Shown here piece by piece: positions 15,671 to 29,639 of a stretch of DNA of 64,000 nt; position 1 is the stretch's first letter; every line of letters starts with the position of its first letter. Position numbers and translations under genes: made by a program. Below the pieces are notes generated by a model. That model searched no databases and was not told the origin of the DNA. It saw only the letters and a list, made by a program, of their open reading frames with translations. This stretch comes from the human T2T-CHM13v2.0 reference genome, Homo sapiens. The stretch lies in NCBI RefSeq assembly GCF_009914755.1, contig NC_060930.1; one strand, given 5' to 3'.

Positions 15671-16486
15671 AAAATGTTAAATGCCACAAGGATGTAGCTG
15701 TACAAATCTGATAAATATGTATAATATATCTAAAATATACATTAATTTATGTACATTGCAGTGCTCCTAGAAGTTAAATTTCATTGTTTATTATTGTTTT
15801 CTTTCAAAATTATTGTTTTTAATGTAATATATTACATTTAATAGGGCTAAAATAAGAATATATTTTTATAGTTTATTTGTATTTTATAAAGTAATTCATC
15901 AGTAGATGACCAGCATAACACACTTCTCTAATAATAGATCCCACACCTGAACATACAACACTCTTAAGAGCTTTAGAAGTAATAACCTGGGTCCTATCTC
16001 TAGGGCACCTACCATAGTAAGTAGAGTAGACTCAGTGGTGAGTCTCGGAAATCTGAGCTCTCTATCTATTCCTTAATGAATTTGAATCAGAGGTATTTGC
16101 AAATCACTAATTGGAATAAAGATAATGAAAGACTGATAATTTAAACTTGTTTCTAGTTGCATAGAAGAGAAGTGTGGAGAATGAAGTAAGAAAGAGGTAA
16201 TTTGTGAATTGAATGATGATCAAGACAAGCAAAACACCTAGTGATTAATTGTTAGAGTCTTTACCGAAGGCCAACATGATGCCTAAACCTTTAAGCCATA
16301 CAAGAAATTTATTGATGTTTACTGTCATTACAACTTTAAATCGTGTGAACAATGAGTTATATGATTTTCTCATTATTTTAATGACCAACACTGAATTCTC
16401 TCAATGATTAAACAAAATATTTTACTGTATTGTTTTGTCTACATTTTTGGTATATAATTTTGTGTTTGGCCTGGAAAATACTGGTG

Positions 16487-16590
16487 AAAAAAAAGAAGGA
16501 AGGAATGAAGAGAGAAAGAATAAAAGGAAAAAGAAGAAAAAAGAAGGGGAAATGAAAAAGAAAATGAAAGAAAAGCAAAGGAAAAGAAAA
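16487..16590. repeat. A/G-rich low-complexity tract
   Basis: Almost pure purine run. Confidence 0.85.
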
Positions 16591-17222
16591 CAATAGTCAG
16601 CATTTAGAATCTAGAAATGCTATATAAAATTTTAAATTTCTGTCTCTTCTTGAAAATATTGAAACAACTGACCATACCAAGAACAAGTAGAAGAAAGTAG
16701 CTAGCTGGTCCTTCAGTCTGACAAGCACCATTCATGATTCTGTAGATGCTAGCTATTTCTGCCTCACATGTACTCGTTCAATTTCCTCAATATAGGGCAC
16801 ACTTGGCCTCAATAGATATTTGTGTTTATAAATTATGATATCAATAAAATCCACAGAGAATATTGCTATTTGTACTGGTTTATGAAACACAAAGGCACAA
16901 GTAAATTCTTTGTTCTGCTTTCACCCAAAGGATAATTTGTTCTTAGGTTTATTCTCTACATTCAGCAAAGAAGTCAAGTCGTGCTTATTTGATTTTTCCT
17001 GCTTTTTTTCAGTGTTGATAAAACTTTAATCTACCAGTGATGTGCTTAAAACAAATTCAGTTAAAAACACAGTGACAAGACTACAGTAAAAAAACTACAG
17101 AAACAAAACAAAAACTCACGTATTATCAGTTGAAAACAAGATTCTGGATAAAGCAATGAAATATGAAAATTTTATTAACTCTTCCAAGCCAGAAGTGATA
17201 CAATAAATTGTTTTCTGAGCTC

Positions 17223-17515
17223 TTTTTTTTTTTTGATTGAGGGTTTTTTTTTCTGTCACCTAGGCTGGAGTGCAGTGGCACAATCAGGTTCAATATAGCC
17301 TCAACCCCCCGGGCTCAAGCAATTCTCCTGCCTCAACCTCCTCAGTAGCTTCGACTACAGTAACACACCACCACACTTCGCTAATTTTTATTTTTTTCTT
17401 TTGTAGAGATGGGGGTCTCACTATGTTGACCAGGCTGGTTTTGAACTCTGTGCCTCAAGAGAGGCCTCAGCCTCCCGTAATGCTAGGATTACAGTCGTGA
17501 GCCACCACACTCAGC
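17223..17515 (-). mobile_element. AluJ
   Basis: Poly(T) head, gggctcaagcaattctcc, gtctcactatgttgaccaggctgg; diverged. Confidence 0.9.
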
Positions 17516-19599
17516 ATGCTTTGCTCTTCTAGAATATAAGTGTTAATTTGACTTTGCAGAGTATAACTTTGACTGCAGAAAGCCAATTATGTCAAATCTG
17601 TATTTTTTTTTAAATAGAGCAAAGTTTGATATAATCTAAACAAAACAACTAATTCAGTTAGTGAAACATTTCAATACATTTGATGTGCATGGTGAAACTA
17701 AAACTTTCAACAACTTAGTACTTTAACTAGGACATCTGAAAATATATGTATGGCAGGTGATTATAAAATTGTGTTATCAACATGCACAGAGCATGTTGTT
17801 TTATGAAAGTTAGTTTTATGAAAAAAGTTAGTTTTATGAAAGCTGAAAAATTTCTGGTGTTAGCACTAGATTTATGCACTATAATTTATGAATTATTGAT
17901 CTATTCATGGGCATAAAATAATGCAAATAAAAGTGATGAGAGAAAAAGAGTGCCAAAGATCCAGCTTGCAAAATTACTACTCAGAATTTGCACTAATTCA
18001 TTTCTCTTGAAAACTCCTGACATACATCTTTCATTTTTTCTTATAAAGTAATAACTCCAAAGTACATCCCATACATATCTTTTTAGGATTAAAAAATATG
18101 CTATTATATAATTCTGGTATTATTGGTTACACGCATAATAAATTTTATTTTTATTTGCAGGTTTGATAACATGTTTGAACATAAGTAGAATCGGACACAG
18201 TTGTCTAAATGTCCCAAATCAAGTTTTAAAAATATTTTCATAAAATAAATGTAAGAGTTCACATCTCACAATCAGTCTTCACTTATTTTGGAAGAAAAAC
18301 ATACGTTAATATTTAATGTAATAGATACAATATTTTGTGCTTGTTTAAATAAAATGATATTCTACTTCTGACATATTGGGCTATTAGAGGCTTATTTTTG
18401 AATGTTTCCCCAGAAAAGGATGACTTTTTCTCCCCCTGAGAAATGTATTTCTCCTATCTCCATACCCACTCCTTCCAAAATGGGAAGCCTCAGAAGTCCT
18501 GTTATACTACAGAACCTAGTCTACAGTTCACTGCATCAGGTAAGAACAACTGACTGAAGCTAAGGATAGAGTCCTTCTCCTTTCAAGGAAGAATTGAGCG
18601 TCAGAGGTGCTATGCAATCGATTTCGATTATCTATTCTGAGGGAGCATGTGAGTGCATGTGCAATCGTATGTAAGAACTCCATGTAGCTGGTTTGTGCCT
18701 TCATGGAAGTTGTCACTTCATTCCTAATAGGGATAAGAGAGAAGTATGGCCATGATGATCTGAAATGATACAAAACAGCGGTCTGATAGACAACACTGAA
18801 AAAATATATTATTAACTACACTCGTTACTGATTTCTATCAACTGGATCAACTAGGGAAATACTGGGCATTATATAGGGAAGATGTCATATGAATTTACTG
18901 GTTTGTGGCATTACATTCACATACAATATATAGAAATGACATTAGGGAAGGGAGAGTGTGTTTTTCATGGTACAAGATATAATTCAGTTATCTGAAGTTC
19001 AAATTATCTCTAGAAATAAAAAAAAAGTTGATTGGGCAGACAGTGGAGAATATTATAGTGGATAATTTGTGAAACCTACTCAACCCAGAATCTTTCCTTA
19101 TTAGACCTACATTTACATCAATGGGAGCTGCAGCAATTATGTGTTGTCTATATGACCCAGCCATTCTAGCCACAGTTGATTAGGTGAGGAGTAAGTAAGT
19201 TATTCACAATTAGCTAATCAAATTGTCTTTCCTAAAAATTTGAGTTTGAAGCTTACAGATACTAAAATTTCTGACATATTAACAATTTAAACTATAGACA
19301 TAAAAACTTAAGAGCTGTGGGGACAGCAATCAAAAGTTTGTTTAAATAGAAGCAAAATTAAATGCTCTTATAAATTTCTAGATATTTGAATTAATTAAGT
19401 TTATGAAGATGGGTAAATTTCTGTCTCTTGAAATCAAAAAAGCTATAACTTAAGTTGAATTATTCATATCAGGATTATCCCAAGTGTCCTGCACAAAATT
19501 TTATTTTGTTCTATTTTCCATCTGTCCAGGTTTTCGGGAGAAGCACATGAGCAGGCCAACTTACCTTGAAGCTGGTATTCAAGTTTCCTGGAATTCTTG

Positions 19600-19947
19600 G
19601 TTTAGGAAACATCAGCACCAGCTGTCCAGCTGCTCAAGTGAAAAACGTGGAAGTCATTCCTTCTCCCTTAGCCCCTGATCCAATCACTCTGTACCTTCTT
19701 AAATATCTTTTGAATCTGACCATTTTCCTCCACCTCCACTAGTACTAATTTTGAATTTATCTATTTTTAGTTATTACACACATTAGTGCAACACGCTATA
19801 ATATTTCTGTGCTATATCTTCCTCTGCTGTAATCCATTCCCCATGTTAGTCAAAGTAATTTTTTCAAAATGTGATTATCACTATGTCACTTCTTTACATA
19901 CAATTCTTCAATGTTTTCCCATTGCACTGACTATACATTCTAAAATT
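19600..19947 (+). mobile_element. L2 fragment
   Basis: ccagctgctcaagtgaaaaacgtggaagtcatt; ttttcaaaatgtgattatcactatgtcacttc. Confidence 0.55.
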
Positions 19948-19952
19948 ATGTG

Positions 19953-20331
19953 TGTATTAGTCCGTTCTCACACTGCTATAAATAACTGTCTGAGACTAGG
20001 TCATTAATAAAGGAAAGATGTTTAATTGACTCACAACTCTGCAGGGCTGGGGAGTTCTCAGTAAACTTACAACCATGGTTGAAGGGGAAGAATGCATGTC
20101 TTTCTTCACATGGTGGCGGGAAGGAGAAATGGAGACTGAAATGGAGAAAAGCTCCTTATAAAACCATCAGATCTCATGAGAACTCGCTCACTATCATGGG
20201 AACAGCACGAGGAAACTGCCCCCATGATCTAATCACCTCCCATAAGCTCCCTCCACCAACACATGGGGATTACAATTCAGATTACCATTCAAGATAAGAT
20301 TTGGGTGGGGACAGAGAGCCAGATCATATCA
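19953..20331 (-). mobile_element. THE1C-like solo LTR
   Basis: tgtattagtccgttctcacactgct ... gatttgggtggggacagagagccagatcatatca; 5-bp TSD atgtg/atatg. Confidence 0.92.
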
Positions 20332-20399
20332 ATATGATTGTTACTTAACTCTCCAACCACATTTCCTATTCATATTTTTCTAGTTCTCAACTTTCTGGA

Positions 20400-20600
20400 T
20401 CACGGTTTTACCACCTCAGAAATACTGATGTTTTGAACCAGATAATTCTTTGTTGTGGGGGCTTATCTTGTGCATCATAGAATATTTAAGAGTATCTCTG
20501 CCTCTCCTCACCTGTAGAATCCCCACTAGGTGTGACAAATGTTCCCAGTCATTGGCCAATGTCCCCTGAGGAGCATATCATTTTGATTGGGAGTCACTGT
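20400..20600 (-). mobile_element. MER20 (hAT-Charlie MITE)
   Basis: ccagataattctttgttgtggggg ... ggccaatgtcccctgagg ... ttgggagtcactg. Confidence 0.8.
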
Positions 20601-20799
20601 TTTAGGTACCTACTCATTCTTTCATGTATTCAGTGTTCTTAGACCTCAAATCTTTTGAAAATTATTTCTTCTTCCTGGAGTGTTCTTTTGGTGTTTCTAT
20701 TTATTTTCTCACTAATTTAAAGCTACTCCCTCTCAATGTCATACACCAAGCTAGTTTTACACTCTGATATCTTTTACACTTACTTTTAAAATTATTTAC

Positions 20800-21222
20800 C
20801 CCCACATCCCATGCCATTTTACAACTTTCTTTAATGTGCTATGTTCCTGCTCATCAGGAGGACTTTGCTCACAGTCTTTCAAATTTCGTGCTAATGGCCC
20901 TACCTTTGTCTCATTAAAATCTAATCATAAAGCCTGTGTCACTTCCTTCAGGAAAACTTCTTGAGCACCACAGACTATCATTCTCCTTTTGTTGCTGTTA
21001 ATATACTTTCATAAATTATGTTTCATTAAGTCATAACAACTGTTTGCATTTTTGTATTTATTTGTGTAATGAGCTGGTTAATACAGTTCAAATTCACTAG
21101 TCTTTGTCTTCAATGAAAATGAGAACCATGTTTGCTTTGGCTTAACATTTTGTCTCTAGCACTGACCGAGAGTCTGATACAAAATAGACACTTAATATAT
21201 ACTCATTGAATGAGAATGAATG
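20800..21222 (+). mobile_element. L2 3' end
   Basis: tctctagcactgaccgagagtctgatacaaaatagacacttaatatatactcattgaatgagaatgaatga (TGAA-type L2 tail). Confidence 0.6.
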
Positions 21223-22019
21223 AGGAACATTTCCCATAATTATAATTGGATAATGAGTTATGTAATTATGCTTGCAACCCGGAATGTGAGCTTCCTGAAA
21301 TCTAGGACCTTATCTTTGCCTGGAATGACTATATCCACATTGCCTAAATCCTCAATAATTATTTTTCTCAAGGGAATGAGGGCGTCCTAGAAATAACTCA
21401 TTTTTCTTGGAAGTTAAACGTAAACATTTATATCACAAAATTTTAGATTTTAATAGACCTTAGACATCTACAGGACCTTTAAAATTTTTTTAGATGACCA
21501 TGCATATAATACTCATGATCATATACTCATATAATACTGCACATAATCTCAGTGCAGTGTAATACTAGAATCTGCTCTCCTGACACTTACACATTACTTT
21601 TCTCATTTGGTTAGTATCACCGGCCAGGTATGTTTGAAAACTACAAAATACTCTATGATGTAAGTATTCACAATTCTTGCACACCTACAAATACCCTGAA
21701 CTGCTAATGTTCATTACTTTTCTATTTATCTTATTCCAATTATTTTTCTCTCCTACTCAGTCTTTGTGTAGTTTCAAATGTAATTTCTTTAATAATTCCT
21801 GTGGCAATAGTTGATGCCACATTAATACATTAGTAGTCACATAATTTTAATTCTAGTACAACTTTTGTTGTCATTATCATGTTCATGAAACTTATTTAGA
21901 CAACGTAAACATAGACTCAGATCTATAAACTCCACAAAAAGTCACATATTTTTAAATAATTCCACTGATATCCAGAGTCCCTTATTACCTTGCAACAATT
22001 TGAACTATGTGGAATAAGC

Positions 22020-22240
22020 AATAGTGTTTATAGTTAATAAAACTGTATTTTATTATTGAAAATTGTTGAGAGAGTAGATTTTAATTGTTCTCACTACAAA
22101 AAATGAGCTTACGAGGTAATAGATATGTTAATTACTTCAATTTAGCCATTCCACAGTGTATACCTACTTCAAAACATAATGTTGCACGTAATAAATGTAA
22201 TTTTTATTGTCAACTAAAATAAATAAATAAAAAAGAAACA
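22020..22240 (+). mobile_element. 5'-truncated L1MA 3' end (L1MA5/6-like)
   Basis: gagagagtagattttaattgttctcactacaaaaaa ... tttagccattccacagtgtatac ... A-rich tail. Confidence 0.8.
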
Positions 22241-24189
22241 AAGTGCTATCAAGCTATGTATTTTGGACCACACAATAATAACTAATTTCCTAAAATAGTG
22301 GAGAGCCCTGTATAAGCTGCAACTCAGTCAATCTCAAGTATTGTGGACAATGAGAGTCACATTTATTAAATAAAGACTGTAACTCATTAATAAAAAACGT
22401 TAACATGATACTGACTTACGTGCTAAGGAAAATACTATTCCAGGAATGATTAATTACTCTATCTCTGCTGTATTGACTATTTAAAAGTAGAATTGACAAA
22501 ACATGCTCGTAATTCCCCTTGTATACAAAAGACTGCATGGATAAACAGTTTCAGTACTTATATATGCAGTGCTTGACAAGCTGAGGTAGGCAAGCCTTTC
22601 TAGAAAATAACTCAATAGTTTTGGCAGGATGAATCACTTCCTACATTCCTAACCATGAAAATTATGTGCAGGCTTTGTGGGGTGAAGTAAGTCTGAGAAA
22701 ATTCTGCCTTCTAGGTTTCATGGAGTTAGGATAAAAATCTTTCTTACATCAACATTGCGTTCTTAGGAGGTTGCTGTTTGCTTCAGCAAAACCTTTGTAT
22801 GAATCCCATCCTGGGGGCCTTAGATACGTAAATCATTTCACAAAGTACTGATGAATATTAAATACAGAACAAAGAATAGCACTTTTCAAAAAAGAAGTAT
22901 TTTTCAAATAAAAATCAAAAGTGCCCTCTCGTAATTGATTTATTTTAGTACCTACCCACAAAAAAAGATGTCTTGGAAGATATATGCTTCACTTACAAAT
23001 ACCAGCACATTAAAAAAAAGTTTTTAAAATAAAGCCATATTAAATAGATTGTTAGTAAATTATGGCACTGTTAAGCCACTCATTTTATCAAAGTACCATT
23101 TTTAAAGTTAAATATTAACCTTTAATCAAAGAAAACCTCTTTTATTTTATATGACTTATTGCTTCATATAAATGGATTTTTATTTTAATAAAAATAAGAT
23201 AAATCATGTATAAACTAATATTAATGAGTGATTCATATAAATACATTTTTTATAAAGGACATAAGCAAATTTCTCTTCTTCCCAATTTTTCCTGTATTTA
23301 AAAGGTCCTAGTACAAACAGTCACAATATGGTGAATTAGGAGTTCTAAAATAAGATTTTCCACTAAGTAGGTATGTGGCTTTAATACAGCTATTGCCTTG
23401 AACCTGATCTATTTAAGAAAATGAAGGTGTTTCAATGAATTACCTCACACATTCTAAACTTCTTTATTTATAATTGAGAAGCGAAATCAGGTTGATGTAA
23501 ATAAGTGGCCATGAGAAAGAAATAATGTTGTCTTAAATGTTAATTTAAGGAATGAAAGGTATTGATTTAAGCTTGAAAAAAGTAACAGAGTTTTTAGTGT
23601 AGGTGTCCTTTCTACAAATGTGAACTAATTCTTCCATAAATGGCTCACATGGTTCTTTCTGTTAAGATCCAGGGTGACTTCCTCTGTCTCCTTACCCATT
23701 TTAAGAGGGAAAATAGGCATCTTTAGTAGGAAGCTGCATCTGTCTAAAACAGTAGCTTTATGTCTGACTTTGTAAATCATTTTTATTTGGTCTCTTCTTG
23801 AATTTGTTTTTTTTATTTGTTGGAGTTGGTTGTATACCACTCTAATTTAAACTTGAACATATTTATTCTGGCTAAGAAACAGTTCCTTTACCACTTCATG
23901 TTCAGTCTTTAAGTTTATTTTAGGTATTTTAGTTCTGAGTTCTATCTTATTTTCCCAGATATCTAAGCTGTGTTCATGCATCATTACCGCGTCTGTCCTA
24001 TATTTCACTTCTCTGCAATGGAGCTCTTGCAATATATATTTTTTCCTCATGTTTATTTAAAATGCTTTTACAGTAGAGATCCTCACATCTTGATCACAAT
24101 CGTCTCTCTTTTGTTGCTCATTGATGTTCTTCCCCTAGGCCACCTCACCTAGTAAAATAGCTGCCAATGTTTTTCCGGTTTTTACAGCT

Positions 24190-24900
24190 CTCATTTTTCT
24201 TTTGATGTCTAAAGAAATCACAAACCAAATATAGCTCAAACAGAAGTTTACTTCCTCCTGAATTTACTCCTCTTCCTTGTCATCATATCTCATTTAATGG
24301 CACAACAATGTACCAAACTGCTCAAGACCACAACTTAGAAGTTATTTATCACTTCTCCTTTCCTTATCACTCACATTCAAAATCCCTGTGTCCTCTAATT
24401 CTAAAACTGACATCGGCACCATTCACATTTTGCTGTCTCTTTTTCTACTCCCCAATTCACTCTACTGTCTTCTCTTGCCCAGACTAAAATAGTTCAGATG
24501 TTTGTCTTTTCTGTTCCAATAGATCCCCATTGTACCTGGACTTAAAACCAAATTTATATTATGGACAATAGGTTATATATGAACTGGTTCTTGGTTATTT
24601 ATCTTGACTCATTTTCTGCCATTTCTCTCTTTTTTAGCCAAATGAGTTTTGTTTTTCATTTGTTTGTTTGTTTTGTTTTTGTTGTTTTACAAAATATATT
24701 AAAATTCTTTCCAAGGTGGAGCTTTTAATCTTGATGATCTTTCTGTCAGGAATGATGTATTTTTAACTGTTTTGCTGAATTTTTCTTGCCATGTAAGTTT
24801 CAGTCCATATTTTTTCTCCATTGTAATAGCTTCTTTGACTGCCCAAATTATCATATAAATGATATGATATCAATCAACATCCGTACCCTTTTCCCAATTA
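24190..24900 (+). mobile_element. L2 fragment
   Basis: catatctcatttaatggcacaacaatgtaccaaactgctcaagaccacaacttagaagtt. Confidence 0.55.
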
Positions 24901-25401
24901 AGCACAATTATATCACACTGAATTTACTATATTTTTAAATATGACATTTTAATGTATTTGGAAGAAAAACACTTTTACTTATTTCTTTCCTCCAAGATCC
25001 AGAAGAAGACATGGATAGTTACTCTTACAACTTCCATTCAAGGTAATATTGGAAGTCATCATCGAGCAATTGTCAAGATAAGGAAATAAAGGCATGCAAA
25101 TAGAAAAGAAAGTGAAATTGTTGTTGTTTGCAGAGGACATGATCCTGTATATAGAAAACCCTAAATATTCCACAAAAAAACCTGTCAGAACTAATAAATA
25201 GATACAGCAAATGTAAGGGATACCAAATCAACATGTGAAAATCACTAGTATTTCTCACAAAAAAAATTCTGAAAAAGAAATCAAGAAAACAATCTAATCT
25301 ATAATAGCTACAAGAAGAATAAAATAGGAATAAATTTAATCACGAAGGTAAAGTATCTGTAGACTGAAAATTATAAAACAGTAATGAAAATAATTGAAGA
25401 A

Positions 25402-25715
<314 letters not shown>

Positions 25716-27005
25716 AAAATAATTGAAGAAGACACAAATAAATGGAAAGATATTCCATGTTCATAGATTGAAAAAATTATGGTTAAAATATCCATACTAC
25801 CAAAGTGATCGACAGATTAAATACAATCCTTATCAAAATTCCAATGTCATTTTTTACAAATATAGAATAAATAATTCCAAAATTTATATGGAATCACACA
25901 AAATCCCAAATAACCTGGACAATTATGAGCAAAAAAAAAGAAAACAAAGGTGAAGGAATCACATTGCTTGATTTCAAACTGTAATATAAAGCTGTAGAAA
26001 ATAAAACAGTGTGGTGCTGCCATAAACATAGATTCATTGACCAAACAAAAAAACAGATATCATAGAAATGAACATATATTTGTATGGTCAATTGAGCTTT
26101 GATGAAGATACCCAGGATATACAATGGGAAAAGGACACTCTTATGAATGATGTTGAAGAAACTGGATATCTATATTCAGAAGAGTGAAGGACCCTTCTCT
26201 AACATCATAAAAGAAACAAACTCAAAATAGATTAAACATTGAAATGTAAGACCTGAAATTGTAAAACTATTATAAGAAAACATAGAAAAATGACACGACA
26301 CTGGTTTGGGCAATAATTTATCTAGATTTTACACTGAAAGTGCAGGCAATAAAAGCAAAAATAGACAAATGGGATTACATGAAACTAAAAAGCTTTGCAC
26401 AGCAAGCGAACAACAGAGTGGAGAAACAAATGACAGATCAGGAGAAAATATTTGCAAGCCATATATTTGATAAAGGGTTAATATAAAAAATAAGTAAGGA
26501 ACACAAACAACTCTATATAATGGAAACTAATTATCCAGTCAAAAAATAGGCAAGGGACCTGAATAAATACTTTACAAAAGAAGACATACATGTGGCCAAC
26601 AGACATATGAAAAAATGCTCAACATCACTAATCATTAAAAAAATTCAAATTAAAATAACAGTGAAATAATACACCACACCTGTCAGAATGGCTACTACCA
26701 AAAAGGCAAAAAAAAAAAAAAATCACAATTTTTGGTGAGAATGTATAGAAGAGGGAGACTTGTACACTGTTGGTGGGATTGTAAATTAGTATAGCCATTA
26801 AGGAAAACAGTATGAAGATATCTCAAAAAACTAAAAATGAAATTACTGTCTAATACAGCAACCCCGCTTCTGGGTATTTAAAGATTTGAAGTTAGTATGT
26901 AAAAGAAATATCTGCACTCCCAAATTATTTGCAGCATTATTTACAATAGCCAAGATATGGAATGAACCTATGTCCATCAACAGATAAATGGATAAAGATA
27001 ATATG

Positions 27006-27143
27006 GTGTGTGTGTGTGTGTATAAAATATAGTGTTATGTATATATACACATACAATAGTACTCCATCGTATGTGTGTGTTGATACATATATGTATACGT
27101 TGTATGTATGTGTATACAATGTGTGTGTGTGTATATATATATG
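27006..27143. repeat. Degenerate (TG)/(TA) tract inside the L1MA
   Basis: Seen directly. Confidence 0.8.
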
Positions 27144-27649
27144 TCTTGAAAAAGTATTTTAAAACTGTTAAAAAAGAAGATATTCTTCTTTGCAACAAAC
27201 AACATGGTTGGAATTGGAGAATATTATACTAAGTAACATAAGATACATGTTCTCATTTTTTGTAAAATCTAAAACCATCAAACTCAAAAGAATACAGAGT
27301 GGAATGGTGAGTATGAGAGGCAGGAGGCAAAGGGAATAGGGAGATGATGGTCAAAGGATACAAAGCCTCGAATAGAAAAAGTACATTTCTTTTTCTTGGA
27401 TATATATTGTATAGCATGATGAATGTAGTAAATCGTATTGTATTGTGCATTTCAAAATCTCCAAGAGGGTAAATTTCAAATATTTTTCAAATATTTTCCC
27501 CACAAAAAAAGTTATGTACTTGATATGATGGATATGTTAATTCACTTGATTTCATTACTTCACATTAAATTCATAAGTATTAACAACATTTTGTACCCCA
27601 TGAATATATACAAACTAACTTGTCATTTTACAATTAAAAATAAAAATTA

Positions 27650-28063
<414 letters not shown>

Positions 28064-28249
28064 TTATGTGCTGCCTCTTTGCAATATAATACGCATTCTA
28101 AGTAAACATGGTTCTTCATGATGATGTTTAACTTAGCCCAGAATTAAAAATCAATTAATATACATTAAATACATGAATGAAGAAAGAAATAAACCAATAT
28201 CACCAGTGATGGCCCTTTTATATATCAAATAAGCTAAAAATTTATAGCT

Positions 28250-28385
28250 AGAAAACATTTTAGAATTATCTCATCTAAGTGACTCATTTTATAAATGAGA
28301 AAACAGAGATCAGGATACATTTTGTAACTTGCTGAAATTCACACAGATAACCAGTAGAAAAACTAAGACTGGAATTCACATTTCC
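28250..28385 (-). mobile_element. MIR
   Basis: ctcattttataaatgagaaaacagag ... taacttgctgaaattcacacag (MIR core). Confidence 0.7.
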
Positions 28386-28966
28386 CGTAACATGCAGGAC
28401 AAACTGAAGCAAAAAATAAATTATCAATCTTTTTTCATATGACTTTCTTTCTCCAAACATATGTCACACCATCTGTTTATCCTGCAGTTACATTTATCCT
28501 CTTTCAAATGTATTCTTACAAAGAAAATTATAACAGATAAGGTAGTCTAAAAGTATAAAAAGTTATTTTAAGACTTGGGATTTCTGCTGTTTAAAGAGCT
28601 TGAGAGTTATTAATAGCATACATACAACAATAAAAACAGAACATAGCAAAAATCAATGACTTTTGTATCCACCAGAAAACTGAAATCTCAAGTTAAAATC
28701 ACCACTCCAAAATTTGGAAGGACAAGTGAATATAGAGAGTCAGCGTCAACATCTGTGAGCATGCACAACTGGGGCCATAAAGTGGTAGAAACACTTGAAT
28801 GGTAATTTTGACAAATTGCTGGAGACTAAGGTCTTATGAGAGAAGAAGAATCGGAAGGAAGCGGTAGTCACAGGGATCCCCATGCATTCACGGGTTTATA
28901 TCTGGCAGCCTCACAGTTTCTTATGTTGAAGAGCCAAGTGAGATACCTCTTGTGGTACTAGGAGAC

Positions 28967-29018
28967 GAGAGAGAGAGAGAGAGAGAAAAGAAAAGAAAGA
29001 AAGAGAAAGAAAGAAAGA
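28967..29018. repeat. (GA)n(GAAA)n microsatellite
   Basis: Seen directly. Confidence 0.9.
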
Positions 29019-29329
29019 CTGTGAAATACACCCAGAGAGCTATTAAATAACAAAGGCTTACACTCCAGAGAAAAGTCTCTACCAAAACTTTATCCTCTCT
29101 AGAGGGAAGTTACAAGACTTTAGCCCCTGTAACCTCCTGTGTCACCAGGGAAGGAAAAAAAGCTAAAAAAAAAAAAAAAAAAAAAAAATCACTTATGAAG
29201 GACACTGCCCAGGTAGACAAGTCTTCTATAAAACTGAGATTTTACCTAAAATAATAATTCACTGTTCTTTTTTTTTCTCCCCCAACACCATACTCCCACA
29301 TCAATAGGGCTCTATAGCAGTGGATTACG

Positions 29330-29639
<310 letters not shown>

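Noticed and set aside
19120-19330. Possible LTR33/LTR16-like relic (ctagccacagttgattagg...ctaatcaaattgtctttcc)
   Set aside because: Too diverged to call or bound by eye
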